Of a stretch of 64,000 bases of DNA, positions 1 through 9,916 are shown one piece after another. Both the position numbers and the translations under genes were made by a program. Under the pieces are notes generated by a model. The model ran no database searches, was not told the DNA's origin, and saw only the letters and a program-made list of their open reading frames with translations. Each line of letters opens with the position of its first letter. The first letter of the stretch is position 1. Source of the DNA: a virus; the IMG/VR virus record IMGVR_UViG_3300036766_000317, positions 1-64,000 of that record; one strand, written 5' to 3'.

Positions 1-43
1 TTCCTGTACTGACTTTCAGATTAACGAGCAATTCTACTTTCAT
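1..43 (-). CDS. 5' fragment of the gene following the major capsid gene (MKVELLVNLKVSTG...), runs off the window
   Basis: ATG at 43-41 with GGAGG RBS upstream; open to the window edge. Confidence 0.7.
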   Translation of the reverse strand, partial: MKVELLVNLKVSTG

Positions 44-70
44 CTGATTGACCTCCTGTTATAGGGACGA

Positions 71-1303
71 TTAATACTCGTCCAGATCGAAAGCGGTGAT
101 CTTGTAAGTCGTGTCCGGATTGTACAGAACGGGAAGACCCTTGTCCTGCACTCTCAGCCACACTCCCTCAGGGTCCCACTCATCCTTCGTGTCCGCGAAG
201 AACCCCCAACGCCGGCTGTTGCCGTATGGAGCTTCCATGAACTCTGCGACCTTGGAACCGCCCTGGGAATCTGCAAACATGAAGAAGACGTTATCCTGGA
301 TGAACTTCTTCCGCATAACGACTTTATCCTGACCCCCCACAAATGTTGCTGTGGGATAGGCGCCGACGGTGATGGTACCATTGACTTTATCAACAGCCGT
401 AATGACTTCATCCTCGTAGGTGTTGTACGCCTTCATATTGTAGAAACGGGCTTTCCCGCCAACCTCAAAATCAGATACGTCATCCAGATAGATGGTTGTA
501 CTAGTCGTAGTCGTAGTCGTAAGCCACGCCTGAACTTCGTACATTTCATCATAGAGCTGAATAGCACCGACACCGAGCAGATTGCCGATAACCCCAACGG
601 GATTGCTGAAGAGGTCTCCGTTGCCAAAAGCACTCTTCTCCAAGAGAGCCTGAATATTGGCATCGAACATGAGAACCTTCAGCATCTGGGAATTCATCAT
701 GCAATGATTCGGTTGAACCATAGCATCATCCGCCAACGTCTGTTTTGCATCGAAAATGTCCTCAACAGGATTTCTTGAGGCACCATCTTTCCAGTTACGA
801 TCATCGTCCAGGGTCACAAGGTGACTTGTGGGGATACCGTAAGAGACAGTGAATTTAATTCCACCCTGTTGGATGTACGTGAGTGCCCCTTCAATCAGCA
901 TCTGGGACACACACCACTCCCGCCGACGATCACATCTCCATCGGAGTTTCTGGGCCCCTTTCGCTAAGTGTCGTTCAGCCTTCATGTAGGTAGCAGGAGT
1001 ACCAGGCTCACGAAGGTTGTTGAGGAACTCCTCATCAAAGTACATCTTTTCTTTCCAGAACGCAGCTTTAGCCGAAGCAGCACCTGTTCCATCGATACCG
1101 ATAGCAGGAGCTACTGAACCAGGAGCTACGAACGGGGTCATACCGCCAGAGCCGTACTCGATTTCCCACTCAATTGTATCCGAATCATACTGACTTGACG
1201 GAAACAAATTAGTGAAGAAATTGCTCGGCGGTCTAACGAACTTGGAAATCAGCTTATTCAAGGTGATAAGCTGAAGTGCCGGAATACCCGTAGAACCCTT
1301 CAT
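71..1303 (-). CDS. major capsid protein (HK97 fold, lambda gpE-like) with an inserted beta domain
   Basis: FFTNLFP, MTPFVAPG, RREW..SQML..G, W......P..DI and C-terminal DPEG....Q...LP pattern; follows protease and decoration genes. Confidence 0.9.
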   Translation of the reverse strand: MKGSTGIPALQLITLNKLISKFVRPPSNFFTNLFPSSQYDSDTIEWEIEYGSGGMTPFVAPGSVAPAIGIDGTGAASAKAAFWKEKMYFDEEFLNNLREPGTPATYMKAERHLAKGAQKLRWRCDRRREWCVSQMLIEGALTYIQQGGIKFTVSYGIPTSHLVTLDDDRNWKDGASRNPVEDIFDAKQTLADDAMVQPNHCMMNSQMLKVLMFDANIQALLEKSAFGNGDLFSNPVGVIGNLLGVGAIQLYDEMYEVQAWLTTTTTTSTTIYLDDVSDFEVGGKARFYNMKAYNTYEDEVITAVDKVNGTITVGAYPTATFVGGQDKVVMRKKFIQDNVFFMFADSQGGSKVAEFMEAPYGNSRRWGFFADTKDEWDPEGVWLRVQDKGLPVLYNPDTTYKITAFDLDEY

Positions 1304-1316
1304 CTCGCCACCTCCC

Positions 1317-2027
1317 CTATTTCATTATGAAGAAACGTCCGTCAACAACGCCGAGATCCGTAATGGCTGCATCGGTAAGGTTGTACAGACTATTCTTGTA
1401 AAGGATACAATTTGATACCACCACCGAAGAGATGGCTCCTAACGCCTCTTCCCCGACACCGGTATCCACATCTTTATCGAGAATGTATGCAGCTTCATTG
1501 TTGCCACTGGCACCGGCCATCGTATAGACATACGCCTTCTTCGCCACTGTCACATTCGTAGCAGTAAGAGAAGCCACCGTGATGTTCGCGTATAAAGTAG
1601 ACGTGGTCCTGTCAATAGCAGAAATCACTCCGCCAGAAATGGGACCTTCGTCCGAATCATTGTCTGCCCACAGAAAATCCCCGACCTCATATTTGTAGGA
1701 ATCTTCCAAAGACACATAGACGTGGTCCGTAATACTATTCAAAACAATCGGTGAAATCCCAATGGATGAGACACCTCCTAGAACAACATCTCCGGAAAGG
1801 GGGACAAACGGCACGAGTTTGCCGTATCCGCCAGCCCCTCCAGTAGAGATATTGATAGCCATTACCGTACCTGCCTTCAGATACCCGTACCCCGCTGAGA
1901 CCGTCTTATCCAGAATCAAGGCAATATCCCTAACTGAATGGAACAAAGCCTTGATGCCGGGGCCCTCGGGGTACCGATTCATCTGAGGAACGCTACTGCG
2001 AATCCCCGTCAAACTCTGCATCGTCAT
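1317..2027 (-). CDS. head decoration protein
   Basis: LKAGTVMA...GKLVPF and A.YIL..DVD motifs; lies between protease and MCP. Confidence 0.75.
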   Translation of the reverse strand: MTMQSLTGIRSSVPQMNRYPEGPGIKALFHSVRDIALILDKTVSAGYGYLKAGTVMAINISTGGAGGYGKLVPFVPLSGDVVLGGVSSIGISPIVLNSITDHVYVSLEDSYKYEVGDFLWADNDSDEGPISGGVISAIDRTTSTLYANITVASLTATNVTVAKKAYVYTMAGASGNNEAAYILDKDVDTGVGEEALGAISSVVVSNCILYKNSLYNLTDAAITDLGVVDGRFFIMK

Positions 2028-2079
2028 ACCTCCTGTTATTGATTATTAAATGGTAAACCGATGTCAACCATTCAATCAG

Positions 2080-3390
2080 TTAATGAGTTGCCGTCTTCTC
2101 TTGACCTACACTCTTCAGCATCCGATCGACCATCACATCGGAATCAACGGAACTATCAGCCGGTCGGCTATAGCCCATACCGAGAACAGATTGCTCTTCC
2201 CCTTCAACAGGCGCCCAATCCTTCAATTCGGTGTCGATAGCTGCGGAAAAAGCAGGGATATCCAACTTGTCGTCTTTGACGAACTTGCCGTAATCGATCT
2301 GCTTCTTCACTTTCGCATGAAGTCTTTCGGGAATGCTAGCCGCGGCGAGCTTTGCGGAGAAGATGCTGTCTGCGGACAGACGAAGTTCCGTCTCCCTGCG
2401 AGTAGCACTTTCCTTCTCCACCTTGAGAAGTCTTGCCGAAATGTCCTTATTGTCATTTGACAACTGGGTCTTATCGGCGGTAAGCTGGGTAATGGTTGTT
2501 TCCAACCCTGTCTTCACTACAGCAAAGGCAGCCTCAGCCTCCTGTTTACCGAGAGCAACCACTTCCTCATACAGAGAAAGGAACTCGGCTTTCAACTTTG
2601 CCAGATCCATAATAACCTCCTCTTCCTGTTTTTGTTTTAACTGTGTTACTTCCAACTCCATTTCTTCGTCTTCGGCCATGGCTACCGATTTCGTGTTCGC
2701 GTCGGCCCCGAAGGTAACGACGGAACCCTCTTTTAATACTGACTCACGCCAGACTGTGCCCGGTCCTTTCATCTTGAAACCATTTACTTCTGTTTCCTCA
2801 TCCTCTGTAAGACGTTGAATCTTAGAAGGACGAGCATATATAGAAGCCTCATACGGGAAGCCTTGATCCGACAATTTGATAAATTCTGAAGCAAACGGGG
2901 TATCTACAAAAGTCATATCCCCAAGAACAATAGCATGTTTATCGTCCACAATGAAAGCACCAAAACCGATCTTCTCCTCAGTCATGTGGTCATTGAGAAT
3001 TGGTATTTCCTTCTTAGCCATCTTCAGTCCAGAAGTATCGATTGCCAAATCACCCCAATACCAGTGATTCTTGATGATCTTTCCTGAATAAGCAACCATT
3101 TTTAATGTTCGGGGTTTTCCTTCTGTGGCGGGGGCTATCTTGGAAAAACTATCGTGATCGGTAAAACTCAGAGCTGATCGGTTCAATTTCAATGTTTCCT
3201 TCTTCATGATTGATTCCTCCGAGAATTTACTATTGGCTATCTTGATCGCTTTAGGAGCACAAGTTTTATCCGTTCCACCTTTAGCAAGGCAATCTTTGTA
3301 AATACCGTTAGCAACGGCTACCCATTTTTTCTTCTGTTCCGGGGTGAGTCCTTTCCGATGTTTATCAACATCGGCCACCGTCCAAGGCAT
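2080..3390 (-). CDS. prohead protease/scaffold fusion with a short N-terminal ChaB-like domain
   Basis: MPW...KKKWVAVAN N-terminus; VAYSG, PILNDH, GFPYEASI, E.S.V.FGAD..T protease motifs; coiled-coil C-terminus. Confidence 0.85.
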   Translation of the reverse strand: MPWTVADVDKHRKGLTPEQKKKWVAVANGIYKDCLAKGGTDKTCAPKAIKIANSKFSEESIMKKETLKLNRSALSFTDHDSFSKIAPATEGKPRTLKMVAYSGKIIKNHWYWGDLAIDTSGLKMAKKEIPILNDHMTEEKIGFGAFIVDDKHAIVLGDMTFVDTPFASEFIKLSDQGFPYEASIYARPSKIQRLTEDEETEVNGFKMKGPGTVWRESVLKEGSVVTFGADANTKSVAMAEDEEMELEVTQLKQKQEEEVIMDLAKLKAEFLSLYEEVVALGKQEAEAAFAVVKTGLETTITQLTADKTQLSNDNKDISARLLKVEKESATRRETELRLSADSIFSAKLAAASIPERLHAKVKKQIDYGKFVKDDKLDIPAFSAAIDTELKDWAPVEGEEQSVLGMGYSRPADSSVDSDVMVDRMLKSVGQEKTATH

Positions 3391-3433
3391 TTTAGCCTCC
3401 TAAAGAAATCAAGTCCATTACATAGTAATGGTT

Positions 3434-3462
3434 CTTATACAGATTTATTTAAAAAAGGTCAA
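3434..3462 (-). promoter_or_regulatory. sigma70-type promoter for protease/capsid genes
   Basis: TTGACC-N17-TATAAG on the minus strand. Confidence 0.6.
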
Positions 3463-5174
3463 GAAGAAAATTGTTGGTAAAAATCTGCATCCGATTTCAG
3501 TATGGATTTCAATAAGTTACCACCAATATCAACCTTATATTTCCTATTCTCTATATTATGATGGGTTGTCAATCCTTTTCTTCCAGGCATCCCTTTCATA
3601 CCTACAGTAATATATTTTTCACAGGTGGCCACCAACTTCCTGGCCTTTATTGGAATATTCGCATAAAAATATTCAGCGCCAGCATGTCTATCTGCCCTAC
3701 GCATAATTCCCAAAGGAATAGGAGGATAAAAAGCAAGTCCTACAGGAAGAACCTTACCACTAGCCACTTTTAAAGAAGCAGTCAACCTAACAAATCTTTC
3801 TTTCCTTTGTACTTCCAAAGAACTTTTCCATAGAAAAACATCAATAAGACCTTTGCCACAAAGTTCGTATTCTTTAGAAGCCGAGCGACATATTTCCTGA
3901 ACTGTAGGAATCACTACTTTCTTAAAAGCCGTCTGAGCAAAAGCCGGTTGTTTTGCCATTCTCTTTTCCATATACTTATGGGTTCCTGGATAGTAGAAAA
4001 TAAGATTACCAAATCCCACAAGATCCGCTTTATCCAATAAACCACTCATGTACTCAATATAAGTAGGATCATACCAATCATCATCTTCCATAATGATTAT
4101 CTTATCCCCTTTGACGGTTGCCAACGCTTTCTCAAGATTTAAACATAATGTATGTGTATAATCACTTATTGTCGGCTCCCGTCGAATATACTCAAATCCC
4201 TCTATATTCTTTAGAGGTTCTTTCCCGTCATCAACTACAATCCATTGTTTCGGTTTAACAGTCTGATTGTCCATCCATCTTCGCAATAGAACAAATGCTT
4301 CCGGACGATCCCCTGTGCAAGTAATAACGGTAATTCCTTCAGTTTTTGATTGTGCAGATATTCTGTCTAAGGGTACGGTAATTCCTTCAGTTTTTGATTG
4401 TGCAGATATTCTGTCTAAGGGTGGGGTGGCTCTATGCCCCTTCTTGTCAATTCCTATAAGTCTGGAACTCTCAAAACTCTGCCCAACATGCCCCATATAT
4501 ATACGAGCATTTTCTTCTCCTACCCATTTGACTAAAAACTCCAAACCTACATCTGTGTTGTAATACCGAGCATTTTCATTATGTCCTGTGCCTATTCCAT
4601 GTCTTCCCTTCAATCCTTTAAACGAACAATGGAGCTTTTTTGCATCTTCTGTATCAGTAATTAAATAACTACCTGAAATTACTGAAGCCCAAAGACGAGC
4701 ATCAATATAAGGATCTCCTGGTAGACAACTCTCAAAAAGAGGTAGCAACTTTCTGGTAAATCCAGTTTGACAGAAGCTGGCATGTCTATCATTTCCTATA
4801 CGTCTGTACTTCATTGCTGGTAAATAATAATACCTAGCAAATCTTTCTCCTACAAGATCGTAGTTGTTAAGTAAATTTGACATTGTTTCTACATAAGTTG
4901 GTCCATACCAATCGTCGTCTTCCACAATAAGAATTATATCCCCTTTGATGTATGTAAGGGATTTCCTCATGTTCAAAGTCAATGTATGCCCTTCATTCTC
5001 TTGTGGAACTCTTCGCACATACTCCAATCCATTTCTCAGATGAACCGGAAGAGGAACTTTACCGTCATCAATTACTAACCATTGATCTGGTTGCTTTGTC
5101 TGCTTGAATATCCATTTCCGTGTCAATTCAAAAGCTTCTGGACGATCCCCAGTGGGTGTAATTATTGTTATCAT
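3459..5174 (-). CDS. tandem GT-A (GT2-like) glycosyltransferase
   Basis: two homologous domains, each ITxTGDRPEAF...W.V.DDG...EDDDWY. Confidence 0.85.
   Translation of the reverse strand: MITIITPTGDRPEAFELTRKWIFKQTKQPDQWLVIDDGKVPLPVHLRNGLEYVRRVPQENEGHTLTLNMRKSLTYIKGDIILIVEDDDWYGPTYVETMSNLLNNYDLVGERFARYYYLPAMKYRRIGNDRHASFCQTGFTRKLLPLFESCLPGDPYIDARLWASVISGSYLITDTEDAKKLHCSFKGLKGRHGIGTGHNENARYYNTDVGLEFLVKWVGEENARIYMGHVGQSFESSRLIGIDKKGHRATPPLDRISAQSKTEGITVPLDRISAQSKTEGITVITCTGDRPEAFVLLRRWMDNQTVKPKQWIVVDDGKEPLKNIEGFEYIRREPTISDYTHTLCLNLEKALATVKGDKIIIMEDDDWYDPTYIEYMSGLLDKADLVGFGNLIFYYPGTHKYMEKRMAKQPAFAQTAFKKVVIPTVQEICRSASKEYELCGKGLIDVFLWKSSLEVQRKERFVRLTASLKVASGKVLPVGLAFYPPIPLGIMRRADRHAGAEYFYANIPIKARKLVATCEKYITVGMKGMPGRKGLTTHHNIENRKYKVDIGGNLLKSILKSDADFYQQFSS
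4327..4422. repeat. perfect in-frame 48-bp tandem duplication in the inter-domain linker
   Basis: units 4327-4374 and 4375-4422; protein repeats PLDRISAQSKTEGITV. Confidence 0.95.
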
Positions 5175-5177
5175 ATT

Positions 5178-5882
5178 TTATCTTTCCCAAACGCCTTCTA
5201 TTTCAGTTTGGCCTTTCCTTTTGCGAATAACCCTTGTACCAGCTACATCATGTTTTATAAATTCTCTAGGAAAACCTTTCCACGTCCAACCCTGTCCTGA
5301 AGAGTGTCCTAATCCACTAAACTCTTTCAGCACTTTATCGGATAAGCCCCTTTTGAATATATCATACATAGTTAAAACACAAGGGGCACCATGATGTATA
5401 TAAGGATGATACTTCTTATAATTACTAATCTTTACCAATTCAAAGAAAGGATGAAGATAAGGCATCCATCCTTCCTTTAAATGATGAGCATGTGCTCCAT
5501 AGTTAAAACCATCAAACCCTGTCTTTTCGATATACCCTACTCCAAATGTGTCTTCCTCAAACATGGAAAACATTTCTTTTACTGGAGACTTTAGCATTTC
5601 TATGTCTGAATCAAAAAACAGAACATAAGGAGTTTCTGTGTAATATACCCCTGTACACATTCCTCTGCCATGCCCGATATTATATCCTACTTGAACTATC
5701 TGATTATTTCCTCTCAATGTTTCTATGTATTTAAAACAAGGATTCGTCACATCCGAACCATCTATAATAATTATCCTCATATCAGGATGAAAAGCCCGAA
5801 CAGACTCGTAAGCTCTTTTGACAAAATCGTTCGTGTTATAGGTAACCATCACCCCAGTAACATTTTTATTAAGGTTGTCCAT
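5178..5882 (-). CDS. GT2 glycosyltransferase (likely start MDNLNK at 5882)
   Basis: VMVTYNT, IIIDGS, NIGHGRG, FFDSD motifs. Confidence 0.85.
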   Translation of the reverse strand: MDNLNKNVTGVMVTYNTNDFVKRAYESVRAFHPDMRIIIIDGSDVTNPCFKYIETLRGNNQIVQVGYNIGHGRGMCTGVYYTETPYVLFFDSDIEMLKSPVKEMFSMFEEDTFGVGYIEKTGFDGFNYGAHAHHLKEGWMPYLHPFFELVKISNYKKYHPYIHHGAPCVLTMYDIFKRGLSDKVLKEFSGLGHSSGQGWTWKGFPREFIKHDVAGTRVIRKRKGQTEIEGVWER

Positions 5883-7017
5883 GACTAATCCGAGTTGTTT
5901 TAGAATAAAGTTTGTCTTGCCAATATATTTTAGGTTTTTCCATAAAAACACTATTTATAAAAAGGAAATCCCCTACCTGGGAATCTGAAAATCTTTCAAT
6001 ATATTTTTGCCATAAATCATTTCTGACAACTACATTAGAAGTTCCAACATGGTTTTGATGAAGTCTTTCTCTCTTCCACACCACTGATGTAGGATACAAT
6101 TCCTCATTTATCAACATACGAACAAAAATCAGTCCAGGTGAATGTTCGGCAACAATCCCTTTCATATCTCCTACAAATTCATCCGATGTAAATATATCGT
6201 CATCATCCAACATAAAAACATATTCACCCCTTACTCTGTCTTTGTTACTGTAGAATAGACGGTTAGCCTTTGCAGAACCTATCCCTACCATATCTTTTAT
6301 AATCACATGATCAAAGTCTTGATCTTTTTGCATTGACACACTGGCACAGCAGTTTTTAAACATCTCCTCTCGTTTGTAATAATTTCTTGTCACAATAGAT
6401 ATGAACGGACGAAGCTCTGCAGGCAGGACATATTCATATGGCGGAGGTATCGTTTTGCTCTTATCATGATTTTCATTCTCGGCTCTTGCCTCTGAATGAA
6501 GGTGATATACTTTTATTGTCTTAGAAGGATTAGTAACCATATATCCTGTTTGCTTCAATTCATAAGCAATACGATTATCACAACCCAATCTTCCTGATTC
6601 AAATGGGGCGTTTACTTTCACAACTCCTTTGAATATCCAAACATCCTGACTATCCTGCCGATTAAAGAAAATGCTGTTTCCATCTACAACATCCCACCGA
6701 GTAAGAGCATAGCAGTCGGCTTCTTTAAGGAACTTCAGATAGTCCAAAGTTTTATCAAAATAAATGTCGGAATTAGCCATAATACTTATATCTGGCTTTG
6801 ATTCATTCATAACCTTAAAGAAGGAATTGTAGGTAGCTCTAGAACCTCTTATTCCTATAATCTTCTTATGAACAGGAAAATCTTTATCATCATCACAAAG
6901 AAGATATATTTTATCAATTATAGGATTTTCAAGATTGATACGAAGGCAGGTCTCATTCTCTGTATTTCTCTCCACAGCTTTTGCCTTGTACCAATTTGTG
7001 TAAAGATATACCCTCAT
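5869..7017 (-). CDS. two-domain glycosyltransferase-like protein
   Basis: N-terminal NSDIYFD/ALTRWD/SQDVWIF/GCDN domain; C-terminal ISIVT...GEYVFMLDDDD...GDFLF GT2 domain. Confidence 0.7.
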   Translation of the reverse strand: MRVYLYTNWYKAKAVERNTENETCLRINLENPIIDKIYLLCDDDKDFPVHKKIIGIRGSRATYNSFFKVMNESKPDISIMANSDIYFDKTLDYLKFLKEADCYALTRWDVVDGNSIFFNRQDSQDVWIFKGVVKVNAPFESGRLGCDNRIAYELKQTGYMVTNPSKTIKVYHLHSEARAENENHDKSKTIPPPYEYVLPAELRPFISIVTRNYYKREEMFKNCCASVSMQKDQDFDHVIIKDMVGIGSAKANRLFYSNKDRVRGEYVFMLDDDDIFTSDEFVGDMKGIVAEHSPGLIFVRMLINEELYPTSVVWKRERLHQNHVGTSNVVVRNDLWQKYIERFSDSQVGDFLFINSVFMEKPKIYWQDKLYSKTTRISHGQP

Positions 7018-9224
7018 AAATAAAACCTCAGTGTAGTATAAAGATCGGCTTTCTTATTTCTTGCTACATTCGTTGGATGTATTAAAGGAAAAACCATTTG
7101 CTCCCTTTTTACATTTGCCATAATATTATTTCCTGAACAGTGAGTGGAGTCTTCCCCAAATCCTATATTAGATACAAGATTGACCGAGGGAAGAACCGTT
7201 AGCATTTTTTTCCTCCATAAAAAATGACTGAGCTGATAATCCCATGCCCCAATATCTCCTGCACACATTCTATCCAATGTAGAAGTCCAAAAAGGTATTT
7301 CTCTTGGATCATCTAATAACTCCCCAATCCAATCTGTATTTCGGACAGAAGGCCAATCTTTCAATGTTATATCAAATTGTTTCCACACTCGTCTCCAACT
7401 AGCCCATCCCCATCCGTGCAAATATTTAGAATAGTAATAACTATCCGAAGTTTTATTCTTACCAAATTGAAAATTATCACCACTGATTGTCCCTATTCTA
7501 TTATCATTCCTATACTTCTCTAAAAGTTCTGCACAGTACGGGAAAAAAGAAGGGTCGGGAATATCATCATCCTCTAAAATAATCCCCTCCCCTACATGAC
7601 TAAAAAACCAAGAGATTGCCGTATAGCCTCCCCACTTTCCTCCCAAGTTTGCATTTTGATATAACAACTGAAGATCACATTCCCAATCTATTTGGGAAAT
7701 AACATCCCGTACAGAAACACACTTAGCAACTTCTCCAACAATTCCCTTCTGCGGTCCATCCGCAGCAACAAACAGATGTCTTGGTTTTATCCTTTTAATT
7801 TCATTAAATACCAACTGAGTGAGTTCTGGTCTTCTGTAGACCATAAAAAGAATAGGCGTTTGAAACAAAGCCTGCTCTGTTGTTGGGGCCGATGTCGGTA
7901 ATTTGATTGCAGGCACATTCCCAAAAAGGATATTATAAAGAAAGTGCCGAGTACGATCAAAACTGATCATTTCTCCGCTTTGTCCTACCTGTTTAGCCCA
8001 TTGTCCTAATTGAGCATTAGAAACTTCTGGGGGAGGTAGCACCCCATCACTTTCACACCAAAACTTATCTATATTTAGATTTTTCTTTCGCATATCATTA
8101 TAGATATCAGTTCCCGGTAGAATATAAAGAACAGACGGGGCTGGAGAATCAGTTAATGGTATAGTATTCAAGAAAGCAACTGTCTCCTTTATCGTTTCAT
8201 TACTTTCTCCAGGATTTCCCACCATTGTAAAAGCACCAACAGAAATAATTCCTATGTGCTTTCGGCACAGTTCATAAGCCTTCTTGATTTGCTCTTGAGT
8301 GATCTTCTTATTGATCCGTTCTAGCATCTGTTTTGAACCAGACTCAATCCCCCAACAAATATGTCTACATCCAGATTCAACCATCCTATCAATCATCTCT
8401 TCAGAAACCGGATGTACACGACAAACACATTCCCACTGAATATCTAACTTCCTTCGCAATATTTCATCGCATATATCCAATACTCTATTTATACTGACAT
8501 TAAAAGTATCGTCGTGGAACATGATCTTCTTAACTCGGTACTTCTGCATCATAATTTCTATTTCATCCACAACTCTTCTGGGTGAATTAGTACGGACCTT
8601 CTGTCCCCAAAAACTGCCTGTAGAGCAAAAATAACAATGCGCTGGACATCCTCTAGAAGTTATAACAAACCCCAATCCACTCTCCCGCATAATATCCCCA
8701 GCATAAGAAAAATCAGGAATAAGCAAATCATCCAAAATACCAATAACTGATCGTGGTTTTGTAGTAACTATCTTAGATCCTTCCAAATAAACAAGCCCAT
8801 CCACATTGATCGGAGACTCCCCTTTATCAATTGAATTACATAACTCTCTCAGGGTGTTTTCCCCTTCCCCAATAACAACATAATCTGCCTTATAATTTAA
8901 AATAGCTTGTTCTGGAAAGAAGGACACATGCACTCCTCCTAAGATAATCTTTATATCCGGATAATTACTTTTTATCCATTGACTTATCTTTCTTACATTG
9001 CCCCGATTAAAAGAAGAACAAGTTAGACCGACAATCTCTGGTTTAAAATCAGAGATAATATCTGGCAATTGCTGAAGGGCATGTTCCATCAATTGATAAT
9101 GTACTGCTTTAGCCATTCGATCCTGACGTATAGCAGCCAACAAATACCCGATACCCAAAGGGAATATAGGACCGTAGCCTATTTCTAATCCGGGAAGATA
9201 TATGAGTAATACCTTGGACTTCAT
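7014..9224 (-). CDS. B12-binding radical SAM enzyme fused to a C-terminal GT-A glycosyltransferase-like domain
   Basis: PLGIGYL, GGVH, GEGE, SRGCPAHCYFC, DDTF, GIESGS; then PILFMVYRRP...ADGP...LEDD...WGWASW. Confidence 0.85.
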   Translation of the reverse strand: MKSKVLLIYLPGLEIGYGPIFPLGIGYLLAAIRQDRMAKAVHYQLMEHALQQLPDIISDFKPEIVGLTCSSFNRGNVRKISQWIKSNYPDIKIILGGVHVSFFPEQAILNYKADYVVIGEGENTLRELCNSIDKGESPINVDGLVYLEGSKIVTTKPRSVIGILDDLLIPDFSYAGDIMRESGLGFVITSRGCPAHCYFCSTGSFWGQKVRTNSPRRVVDEIEIMMQKYRVKKIMFHDDTFNVSINRVLDICDEILRRKLDIQWECVCRVHPVSEEMIDRMVESGCRHICWGIESGSKQMLERINKKITQEQIKKAYELCRKHIGIISVGAFTMVGNPGESNETIKETVAFLNTIPLTDSPAPSVLYILPGTDIYNDMRKKNLNIDKFWCESDGVLPPPEVSNAQLGQWAKQVGQSGEMISFDRTRHFLYNILFGNVPAIKLPTSAPTTEQALFQTPILFMVYRRPELTQLVFNEIKRIKPRHLFVAADGPQKGIVGEVAKCVSVRDVISQIDWECDLQLLYQNANLGGKWGGYTAISWFFSHVGEGIILEDDDIPDPSFFPYCAELLEKYRNDNRIGTISGDNFQFGKNKTSDSYYYSKYLHGWGWASWRRVWKQFDITLKDWPSVRNTDWIGELLDDPREIPFWTSTLDRMCAGDIGAWDYQLSHFLWRKKMLTVLPSVNLVSNIGFGEDSTHCSGNNIMANVKREQMVFPLIHPTNVARNKKADLYTTLRFYL

Positions 9225-9916
9225 AAAGACGCCCCCACTAAAAATATATCATTCGGAAAAGCCCCCTTAACCGAAGATAATATAGTTATTCCAACTGTAC
9301 GAAACAATAATTTTACGGACTTTTCCATGAAAATAAAAACGTGCTCATCCGCTTGAAAATGAGGAAAGCCTAAACCTTCATTTCTGTAACAAGGCGTTTG
9401 TATCATTACATATACTCCAAGAGATTTCATTTTCTCCAACGCTTTAATAGGATCCGGAAAATGCTCTAACACATCAAAACCACACACAATATCAAAGGGC
9501 CAATTTATTTGTATATTAGGGAACTCCCCACATAGCATAGCCACACCAAAGGTCTTTCTTGCAAAGGAGCAGGTTTCTTCCGATATTTCTACTCCTACAC
9601 ATCTGGTAAACCCATTATCTTTACAGTGTCGTAGAAATCCCCCATGAGCCGATCCTACTTCTAGTATAGAAGTCAACTTTGGTAGAGTTTTCAACTGATT
9701 CCACCAGAATGGTATTCTATCCCCAAAATCATCTTTTGCCCGTTGCTCAATCGGAGGAAAACCAAACTTCTTTGTCTGCCTATCATGCCAATATGTATCA
9801 AAGGTGTAAAAGTCCTTCTCTATACCTTTTTTTGATACGAATGTATCACAAGAGGCACACTGTAGATAGTCTGGATGAAACCCTCGTAAATTCTCTTCCC
9901 CGCACCAACATTTCAT
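9221..9916 (-). CDS. class I SAM methyltransferase with N-terminal Zn-binding motif
   Basis: C.C...C..C; LEVGSAHG; DVLEHFPDP. Confidence 0.85.
   Translation of the reverse strand: MKCWCGEENLRGFHPDYLQCASCDTFVSKKGIEKDFYTFDTYWHDRQTKKFGFPPIEQRAKDDFGDRIPFWWNQLKTLPKLTSILEVGSAHGGFLRHCKDNGFTRCVGVEISEETCSFARKTFGVAMLCGEFPNIQINWPFDIVCGFDVLEHFPDPIKALEKMKSLGVYVMIQTPCYRNEGLGFPHFQADEHVFIFMEKSVKLLFRTVGITILSSVKGAFPNDIFLVGASL

Noticed and set aside
497-521. GTAGTC microsatellite in MCP as a phase-variable switch
   Set aside because: Short in-frame hexamer repeat encoding a Thr linker; it cannot frameshift.
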